In this document: positions 54,355-64,000 of the stretch, in pieces | Position numbering within the stretch: the first letter of the stretch is position 1 | Layout of the letters: each line of letters starts with the position of its first letter | Assembly (NCBI GenBank): GCA_951406725.2 | Contig: OX597815.1 | Span: 143,654,001 to 143,718,000, forward strand | DNA length: 64,000 nt | Direction of reading: 5' to 3' | Source of the DNA: Octopus vulgaris | Taxonomy: Eukaryota | Program-made: the position numbers and the translations under genes | The notes under the pieces: generated by a model | Databases searched by the model: none | What the model saw: the letters and a program-made list of their open reading frames with translations, nothing else | What the model was told of the DNA's origin: nothing

Positions 54355-54685
54355 CAACGCTGGATTAACCAATGAGCAAAATAAACACGTGCTAAGGGCA
54401 TCAAGATAAGATGGGGACCACAGAAATGGTAAATGGTTAACAACACAAAAGAAATCACCTTGAATTACTTTTTTACTCTTTTACTTGTTTCAGTCATTTG
54501 ACTACGGCCATGCTGGAGCACCGCCTTTAGTCGAGCAAATCGACCTCAGGACTTATTCTTTGGAAGCCTAGTACTTATTCTATCGGTCACTTTTGCCGAA
54601 CCGCTAAGTTACAGGAACGTAAACACACTACCAGCGGTTGTCAAGCGATGTTTTGAGGGACAAACACAGATACACATACATATAT

Positions 54686-54716
<31 letters not shown>

Positions 54717-56400
54717 CATATATACGACGGGTTTCTTTCAGTTTCCGTCTACCAAATCCACTCACAAGGCTTTGGTCGGCCCGAGGCTATAGTAGAGGAC
54801 ACTTGCCCAAGGTGCCACGCAGTGGGAATGAACCCGGAACCATGTGGTTGGGAAGCAAGTTGCTTACCACACAGCCACTCCTTTATTTAAAATAGTATTC
54901 GAAGGGGTTTATATGATCGGAAATATAATTTCCAAGTGTTCGTGAAGTCGTAATTAGGATCTGATCAAAGGCTTTGCAAATTAGCCCAGTAGAACTCCTT
55001 TCTTGCTCATGTCTTTTTCCACAAAAGTTCGAGAGGAACATAAACCAGTGGTATCACCCTCACCAGTTTTGGAGGACCTGTGAAGACCATGAACACTTCT
55101 CCTTTCTTCAGACCCAGCAAATCAAAAAGTTCTGTGACTTGACGAACGACTTCATGTACATCAATCAATTTACCTTTCTTTAGTTGTAGTTAAAATATCC
55201 GTGCATGTATTAGCGAGACCGTTCCAGAGGCAGAGGCCATATTCCATTATAAGTACCACTTGAACTTCGAATAGGGTTAATAGTTGTGCGTAAATGAAGT
55301 ATTTTCTGGCTCTGGAGAAAGGCCATCTTTAAAATGTAGTCTTTGCTATGGTGAAGTTTGATCGGCAACACCAAAAACATAAAACATTAATAATTTACCG
55401 TCTGCTCAACTCCATCCCTTATGAATAGCATATATGTACTCTTTCATCATTTTATGTAGCTTATTTCACTGAACTTATGAATGAAATAGTAACTGAAGTA
55501 AGTTTTCTAGAGCCATTTTCATGTTTTTAAGAAAACTACAAGTAAAACATTAGGGTATGTTGCTAAGTTTAGTCTCATTTTGCCTATGGCGGCTATTGCA
55601 CATGTTTCGCATCATGTTATTCATGTTTGTCGTTTCTCAGTGTAAAGTTAGTATGGATGGAAATTCTCAGATGGCTCGGCTATTTTCATATGTACCACCG
55701 GAGTAGTTAAAATACTATAGAACTGTTTATTGATTGTTGTCCTTATTTTGTCATAATTGATCTATTTATTTAAACAGTACCACCATCACGTGATGTACTG
55801 ACATTCCTTTATTTGAGGATCTGTAGAAAACTTTAAGCTTTTTTTTTCTTTTATGCTGTCTTCGGCCAACGTTTTCTTCGAATGCTCTCTCGTTTTCATG
55901 TGAGTATCTTATTTTAGTCCCCATGTCTTTGAGCGACATTTTAAACTGATTTCTTTTTCTTTCAGCTGTACGCTCAGGTAACTAATGAGAGATTCATGAG
56001 AATATTCTTGTCCATGGAAATTATTTTTTTATGAACACCAACATTCCTCACTGAAACCTTTTAATGCATCTAGCTGGCATTATTGATGTAAATTACCGAA
56101 GTTTTATGTCATTGTCTTGCAAAGAGAAGGTTGGGGATTAGTTTGTCTCATCTGTTTATTTATTGTTTTCCAATGAGTTTTGGAAATTCCGATTAAAAGG
56201 CTGGAGTGGCTTGGAAGAGCTGGCATATCAGCTACCTTGAACCATACATAGTTAATTCCTCAGTGTTAAGATCAAAGAAGATTTTAAGAGTCACCTTTAT
56301 ATTGCGGATTACTTCCACATTATTTGTGAAGCAGAGATCCAGTGTTTTGTTGCTTTTGTTGAGGCAGCAGACTATAATATCTTCAGCAAATTTTTGAGTC
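54355..56400 (-). mobile_element. Highly degenerate hAT (ZMYM1/TTF-type) transposon remnant, interrupted by a SINE B
   Basis: TIR-like CAACGCTGGATTAACC at about 54355; scattered minus-strand motifs (YLS..AERKR, SHEN, SGTYNG..YMH). The second TIR was not found. Confidence 0.35.
54466..54881 (-). mobile_element. SINE family B
   Basis: Full-length reverse-complement match. Confidence 0.9.
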
Positions 56401-56957
56401 AATGTTATTATCAAAACAAATTAGATTCAAATAATATAGTACACTTTACACTGACATATATCCCACGTTAGCAGAATATTTTAACGTCACTACATCGAAT
56501 TTGTCAATTATCAGACAATATGATAAATTAAAGGATATAATTACCAATCGAAAGTTTGGTAATTAAAGCAACCGACAACTGAAAAATTTTTAACAATTTC
56601 TGACAAACGCCAAGTTTGACATAAGTAGCAATGATAAAAACTTCAAAGTATTCAAGTCAAATGACAAGCATCATGGTACATATGAATTTATACATGCTGA
56701 TCATTAATTCAGCCCAAAGATCGAACGAAAAATATTTATAAATGTAAATATGAAGCAGGAAAGAAATTTGATTTGCTATATCGAACGTCTGAATTGTGAA
56801 AAAAAAAAAATATATTAACTAGACTGGAAAATCATTATCATAACGTATGCAAGAACACAGACAGTAAATTAAAGACCCTCATATCACAACGATCCTTTTT
56901 AGGAGTCATTTGAAGATATACAGTAATAAGTTTCTTTTAATATTTCTAATTTGTTAA

Positions 56958-57612
56958 TGCGGTGAGCTTACAGAATCGTTAGCCCGCCGGGCACAATGCC
57001 TAGCAGCATTTCGTCCGTCTTTACTTTCTGAGTTCAAATTCCGCTGAGGCCGACTTTGCCTTTCCTCTTTTCGGAAAAGATAAAATAAGTACCGTTGAGG
57101 GATCTTTTCGATTTGACCAGCAGTTTTTTAAGATAATTTCCACGTAACTAAACACTTTTAAACTTTGTATACTGGTAGAATGTGTTTATAAAACATCTTT
57201 TTCTCTTGGCTTTATTGAGAAAATTCTATAGTTTGTAAGATATTTGTTGTTTTTTCTTCAATTTCTGCAATTTCAACCAATCAATGACGTCTATTGATGT
57301 GAAAACATTCTGTGCCGTATGAATATGTCCCTCATTTAAGAAACAGATTGGGTTTATTTACATTTCTGAAGAAAAAAAGATACCCTTCCCCCACCCCTAA
57401 CCCTAATTAACCCTAACTCTAACCCTAACCCTAAAACAGATTGAAATGCAATAGATCAATACTAGAGTCATAATTGTGGGTGACAATTTCATATGACACC
57501 GCTAGAAAAAACTGCCGTTCAAACCGAAAAGATCCCCGTTGAGTACTGGGGTCGATGTAATAGACTCACCCCTCCTCCTAAATTGCTGACCTTGTGCCAA
57601 AATTTGAAATCA
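56958..57612 (+). mobile_element. SINE family A interrupted by a TIR element
   Basis: Head and body up to AAGTACCGTTGAG; the SINE resumes TACTGGGGTCGATG after the insertion. Confidence 0.8.
57100..57535. mobile_element. Unclassified TIR element (GG...CC ends) carrying (CCCTAA)n
   Basis: About 29-bp TIRs GGATCTTTTCG(A/G)TTTGA(C/A)C(A/G)GCAGTTTTT; TSD CCGTTGAG at 57092-57099 and 57536-57543; telomere-like repeats 57394-57433. Confidence 0.85.
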
Positions 57613-57728
57613 ATATTTCCACTTCTTAAACTTTGACTCAAGTGAAGTTTTAAAAAACCAAAGAAAAAATATTATTGAGAAGTTTAAACCATTTCGGAAG
57701 GGACAAATGTACAGCAATATTAATTTGA

Positions 57729-58167
57729 CTAGCAGCATAGCCCGGCGTTGCCCGGGTATATAAGAGCCCCTAGAAGGCAACGGCTAATCCCAATCTGGTC
57801 CTTTCCCTCTAGGGAACGAAGACGCATGTGTAGGTTGCAATGTCTTCTCTTCACTCGAATACTTCTGTGTATACGATGTTCCTAGCTGTCCCTTTGGGCG
57901 ATAAAAAGGTCGAGTTTTGTCCCCTAGACAGAAAATGTGTTGCATATAAAAAGCTTAGATTCTCGACCCCATGTCGAATTTATCGATCTTTTCAGAACTG
58001 GGGGAACTTTTCAAAATTTTAGCTGCGTCAGTTTTGAATTATGACATTGGGCTATGTGTGTGTCAAGTTTCATCAGAATCGGTTGAAAGCCGTGGTCAGG
58101 GTGAGGGTACAACCTGACAGACACACAGACACACAGACAGACAAACTGCCGTTTATATAGAGAGAGA
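57729..58167 (-). mobile_element. Non-autonomous Helitron, copy 3 (variant 3' end)
   Basis: Shares its 5' approximately 265 bp with copies 1 and 2; has a different subterminal segment, hairpin CCCGGGCAACGCCGGG and CTAG end. Confidence 0.85.
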
Positions 58168-58857
58168 TACAAAAAATATATTCACTCAAAAACAGGCGTA
58201 CTACTGTATTATCTCCCTTAACTATGCAACACTAACTCTCAGTTACAGCTGTTGTCATGTAAATACTAAAATGCATATAGTAACAGTTGCTATGTAAACA
58301 TTTATTTGATGATTATTGTAAAACATGAAAATACTTGTGAAAATACAAAATGTAATTAACATCAAGTTAGTTTGGAATTTACCAAATATATTATCTGTGC
58401 ACAATTTTACTGACAGTATGTATGTGGTTGGTTGTGTGTGTGTATGTATGTATGTATGTATGTATGTATGTATGTATGTATGTATGTATGTATGTATGTA
58501 TGTATGTATGTATGTCGAAAGATCACCCGAGGAAACGCATCTGACCTTTGATACATGAGACTTGTTTGTACAGCATCTCACCTTTAAGATACCGGTGCAT
58601 GATGGGTCGAAACGAGCGTAGTGGTTCTTAAAATAGAGTCTCGTGAATTACATTTTCTCTCTCTCTCGTATTGTGTATGTGTATGCTAGTGTGTGTTAGT
58701 GTGTGTGTGTGTGTGTGTGTTTGTGTATGTATGTATGCATGTATGTATGTATCTATATATGGGAAAGCTACAATAATGCGAGAAAGTGCATTGTGACTAG
58801 CACTGTATTGCAACATCCGATAGTCTGGTCGATACAGTGATAAGGGATGCATGTACG

Positions 58858-58951
<94 letters not shown>

Positions 58952-58954
<3 letters not shown>

Positions 58955-60218
58955 GGTGCAGTGAATAAACTGTCGTCTAAATTAGGCAAAATTACAAATA
59001 AAACTGACATCTCATTTTAACAGATATATTTACCAAAATTATATACTAAAGAGTAAATTTATTCAATAAATTTATTCAGTAAATTTATGCAATACTAAAG
59101 AGTAAATTTATTCAATAAAATCGTCATTGGCTTCAACCACGTCCTCCAGATGACTTCAGAATCTACTTCAACTTTTCTGAACAGTCTCCTTGTTTAAGTT
59201 GGTAATTGCTACCGTAATCCTTGCCTTCAGTTCATCTTTGGTTTTACAAGGAGTTTTGTTGATCTCTCGCTCAAGTGCGCCCCGCGCATAATAATGAAGG
59301 GGGTTGCAGTCTGGGGAGTTAGATAGCCAGATGTGAGGAGTGATGTGGTCGCAGAAATTGTGTGACAGCCATGATTAGGTTCTCCTGCCTACGTGGCACG
59401 GTACAGAGTCCTGTTGCCACACATAAGATCTTCCAGCAGCCACCCTCTTGACGGCACTACCTCCTCCAGGCACTTGATGTAAGCCTTCATGTTGAGTCTG
59501 AGGCCGTGTGGGAAGATGAATGGATGGAGGTATAACATCACCATTACTAGTGATCATTCCAAACACCATGATGTTGACTGGATGTTTGATTATTGCTTCT
59601 CTAAGTACATGTTTTGGGGACACGGGCAAGCCAACGGTTGTTCTGTGTGTTCACCAGCTCATCATGGCAGAACATTTTCTCACCAGAGAAAAACCAAAGC
59701 ATGTTCGGTTGGAGGGGATGCTTGAGTTTGTTCAGAAGCTTCGTAGCGCGGTATTTCCTCTTGTCCTTGATGACTTGGGATAAAAATTGGCCTTTTCTCA
59801 TCTTGTATGAGGAATACAGAATGTCTTCATGCACTACCTGCCTGATATGAAACTCAGACACTCCCATATCTCTGGCGATGGACCTGATTGACTTGCATGG
59901 TCTGGATCTCACCAACAAATTCAGGAGCTCTTTTCTAATCAGAACGATCAGAATGAGTTTTCCGAGCTGCCGTACCTTCGTAATGACCATTAGACCCATC
60001 TAACTCTTTCCGAATCCTCTGCACTATCCTCAGATTGACACCCTGAAATGTTCGTACTGGAGATTCCGGCACGAATGCCAAGCAGTACAGCATATTGTTT
60101 CCAAATTACTGACAGAGTGAATTGCATCATGGTGCTGTTGTTTCTCACAGACGGTGCCCAACTAATTCTCCTATACTATGTAGTCGACAAAATCAAAAAC
60201 AAACAATGTACATGCGCG

Positions 60219-60220
<2 letters not shown>
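58952..60220 (-). mobile_element. Tc1/mariner DD37D (maT) transposon remnant
   Basis: TA|CAGGGTGCAGTGAATAAA end; KSIRSIARDMGVSE (HTH), WFFSGEKMF, WQQDSVPCH followed by 37 residues to the SPDCNPL(D>H)YY position. Contains frameshifts and stops. Confidence 0.9.
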
Positions 60221-60263
<43 letters not shown>

Positions 60264-60267
<4 letters not shown>

Positions 60268-60502
60268 AATCCCTCGACATGTGCGGTTCACCTATCACGG
60301 TTTATCATTTAAGCTTACGTCGATTCCTCCGTGGTGTTGTTTTGCATTTATAACAAAATAAATATATACAAAATATAAAAATAATTTTAAAGACTATACA
60401 GTACAGTACTGTTTCTACTTTGTGGATTATCACCTATCGCGGCGTTTTTCTTTTTGTTTTTTTTTTTGGAACGTAACAACCGCGATAGTCGAGGGATTAC
60501 TC
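60264..60502. mobile_element. pogo/Tigger-like MITE
   Basis: Imperfect TIRs CAATAATCCCTCGAC / GTCGAGGGATTACTC; TA on the right flank. Confidence 0.7.
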
Positions 60503-61763
60503 TATATACATGTGCACGTGTTTGTACGAATATATACATTTTTACGTGTGTATACATAGTGTTCTGAATACACGTCTAGGCTCTAATTTTACCAAAGAAG
60601 GTTCCATATTTTCTGATATGCTACTCAATCTCTTGGGAGTATGGGTAGACTTTAAAGTTCCTAAATCAATCATCAATGCTTTTAAACCTTTCTAGTCTCA
60701 TTTATTGAAATGGAACGATGTCAATGTATGCGGGTGCCTGTTTATAGCAAGCAGGGTCAATAAGACTGGTGTAGACATTACTGCCAGAGTTTGAATTTTC
60801 ACCGTTAGATTCACATCTTACAGGTTAATGTTTCATTTTGTTTAAGATTTATGCATGTTGTTGGTGTGTTTATTTTAGCACTTTCTATGCAATGCATATT
60901 GCTTCCTTTATTAATCGTCTATTTTGTTTCGGGGGTAAAGGTGGGGGACGTCTGTAGAGCATAGATGTGTTTGTCTTCCAATATTTTCCGACCTGATTTT
61001 GTTTTGGTGTTGTGTGACGTTGAAATGGCTACTCGTCGTGAATGCATTGAATGACTGAGGAAGAGTGTCGCATAATATGACAGGTATCACCATCACCACC
61101 ATACCATCATCACAATTATCATCATCACTATCATCGCCATCACCAACACTCTCACTACCCCTATTATCAGCATCACAGACACCAGCACCAACACCAATGC
61201 GACCACCGTCATCATCTTCATCAGTAATGATTGATTTATTGATGAGTTACTAAATTAATGACTGTTGACTTACAGCAGAGGTGTGGATCACAGATTAGTG
61301 ACGACTAACTTATATGAGAAATACTGATCATAGATAAGTGATGGTGTTACCTTATGGATGAAGTCCAGATAGCTGGTTAGGTATTGATCAATCATCGACC
61401 ATAAACCAGAATTAATTGTTGATTTATTCATGCATGTGTTGGTTTCTTTTGAAGAATTTAAAACAGAACGGGTAGCGTAACGACTTCTGTAGGTACCTGT
61501 CTTTATATTTATATATTCTTAGAATTGTCAATTGCGTATCATACTTAGTGCGTATATTTCGCGAAAAGGTAAATTAACTGCGGTGTTTGTCCGGAAATGA
61601 TCTCTCTTATGGACGTGCCATGCTTAAAAGCACAAATATATATCAGTAGCAGCCAGCGAAAATCGTCCAACACCGGCGGTGAGAATGCTAGATGCGCATT
61701 TCTCCTTCATTGGGCTTTGTCAATACCATGTATGCTCTGTCAGACGCATGCTAAGATAAAATT

Positions 61764-61961
61764 AGGGGACAAACAAGGACAGAAAAACGAATTAAGTCGA
61801 TTACATCGGCCCCAGTGCGTAACTGGTACTTAATTTATCGACCCCGAAAGGATGAAAGGCAAATTCGACCTCGGCGGAATTGGAACTCAGAACGTAACGG
61901 CAGACGAAATACGGCTACGCATTTCGCCCGGCGTGCTAACGTTTCTGCCAGCTCGCCGCCT
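61764..61961 (-). mobile_element. SINE family A
   Basis: Reverse complement of the family A consensus, CpG intact. Confidence 0.85.
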
Positions 61962-62739
61962 TGATATCTCCGGACGAACACCGCGATGTATCTGCATTAA
62001 GTGTGATACACAAGTAGCTATTATAAACGAACAGTGCATCTAGTGTACATAAAGGATATATTCTTAAATTTGTCATACACATAAAGTGTAAATATTCATT
62101 TTATTATAAGCACATCTGTGTCTTCCAATATCTGTAGTGCCGTCTATTCTGTTATTCCAATCAACCAATGAGATCAATAGGCTGTTTTCAAATATTTCTG
62201 TGAAAACCTTACTCTCTTCTTCTCATCTGATGAACCGAAAGAAGAAACTTTATATAACGACCGTAAAGATTCAGTTATGCTAGATTACAAGCACACACAT
62301 AAATATACATTTAATAACACATTCATTTATAGATATAAACTCACACATACGTAGGCATATATCTTTTACTACGCATACACTCAAACACAGCTTCTCACAT
62401 TTATATAGCCTCAAACAGCTGCAAGGCACAATTCCTTCACATCATCTAATCAATTTTCACAATTATTATCCTTAAACTGACCTTTCGGAGGTCATCAGTT
62501 TAGTGACCAAAATATGTCACCTCTTATCTTGCTTAGTGGAATGAAATTGAACAAGTGTCAGGACTTTAGAAATTCAACGTCATTCTTCAAAGAAGGCGAT
62601 GTAGAGCAGAGACTGTAGGTCACAAGTAGCACAATTCGATCCTTTTGACATACGATTCTTTTATTCATCTGTCGGTGATTTAATGAAATAATTTCATAAA
62701 ATGAACAGATTGATGAATGAACGGACATGAATCTTCTGC

Positions 62740-63275
62740 ACTACCTTTAGCTGCAACTTTGTTAATCAATATCTACATCAAATACCTATATATAGTAAAC
62801 ATTTAAGTATTTTATATATACGTTCAATATCTGTAGAATTTGTAAGGAAAGTAAACGTCTGTAAAATGTATTTGTCTATCTGTTTATCCAGTTAACATCT
62901 ACGCAGTGTGTCTATTTGACCAGTTAAAACTGCATCTCTCTATATATTGCAACAACTACACAGTGTCTATCTATAATCAGTATCCACATGCTGGTGCTAT
63001 CTACCCAGTCAACTTCTCTATACACTTTGCCTATCTATTCATTAAACATTTGCACATGTTGACTATCTAGCCATTCAATATTTACACATTCTATCTGACT
63101 ATTTATCTTGCTAGCTAGTTACCTATCCAGATATGATCTATAGTGTCTTTTTGAATACAGTTAAATCAACATATTGTGTCTATATTTCCGGTCAAAATTT
63201 ACCCACTGTATCTATCTATGTAGTGAACATCTACACACCGTGCTTGACTATCCTGGATAAATTTATACTCTGTGC
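62740..63275 (-). repeat. Degenerate minisatellite, reverse-oriented relative of 29840-31385
   Basis: Units such as CAGTTAACATCTACGCAGTGTGTCTAT are reverse complements of the ATAGACAC..GTAGATGTTGACTG type. Confidence 0.6.
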
Positions 63276-64000
63276 TTAGCTAATAATATAAATGCAGGGA
63301 TAATCTAGGGAGGAGGATACTCTCTGTCACAGTGATAACGGGATATTCACGTAGAATCACAAAATAATTTAAATAAATCCCAAATAAACAAAATGAACTC
63401 TCGTACAGAATCGATATAATTACGCTGGGAAGGAGGAACAGAAAAGAAATTAACGTTTCGGATAGTGGTTTTTTGCCAAGTACAGAAAAATGAAGGGGTG
63501 ACCAATGTTAACTACAAAAACGATATTGATTTTAGGGAGCAGCATGGTGAGTGCTAGAAGGGGAGGGAATAGAGTAGAAGTACATGTAGAATAGGGGTTT
63601 GTAGCAAATCTGAGCGAGATAAGCATGGGTTGGTTTATGGAAATGTGATGTGATGCTGGTATGACCATAGTATAATAGTGAGTATGAATATGAGCGTGTG
63701 TGTTGTCGAAGAATGTATAGGGTTCAAGGTGGATGAGTAGCGTGGTGCGCGCGCACGTGTGTGCGTGGAGACGGGGCGAAATATATGCGAGGGCGTATTT
63801 GGGAATCTAGTTAAGTCTTGGAGGACAGGTACTTTCTTTTAAGGGAAAACAATTCAGTTATTAATCTCAGCTAGAATAAAGTGTTTTAATCGGAAGAGCA
63901 ATTGTTATTCCTGATGGAGACGAGAGACTGGTGAACCCTAGCGTCATACAATGTCGCAAACAGCGAGATGCGGGTTGGTGTGTCCTGGAAAACTGAAGCA

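Noticed and set aside
57394-57433. Telomeric repeat as evidence of a chromosome end or fusion
   Set aside because: It is short and lies entirely inside a TIR element bounded by a TSD.
62473-62502. CTGATGA...GAAA on the minus strand (also 62228-62241 on the plus strand)
   Set aside because: Only 3-5 nt lie between the boxes and stem I is out of register. The first folds as a plain hairpin, not a hammerhead.

Overview
AT-rich, microsatellite-dense animal DNA. The SINE families strongly suggest an octopus (coleoid cephalopod) genome; this is inferred from repeat recognition, not a database search. Only one host coding exon is clearly supported: a minus-strand SAMD5-type SAM-domain exon (ATG 49308, phase-0 donor after 48736). 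It probably belongs to a SAMD5/SASH1/SKIP-like gene, and no next exon is recognisable in the 48.7 kb downstream. Near the left edge there is a candidate alternative micro first exon (MARSQS, 550-533, strong Kozak, same phase-0 donor) in a CpG-retaining, G-rich island. That island may also drive a spliced plus-strand transcript over a CpG-depleted domain of about 31 kb. The rest is repeats: at least four SINE families; RTE, CR1, Tx1 and RLE-type LINE fragments; DD37D (maT) transposon remnants; hAT, Tc1 and pogo MITEs; Helitron and Helentron non-autonomous elements; a solo LTR; Penelope-like relics with hammerhead-like motifs; and a degenerate minisatellite. Almost all other listed ORFs are microsatellite artefacts. 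No rRNA, genuine tRNA or CRISPR was seen.
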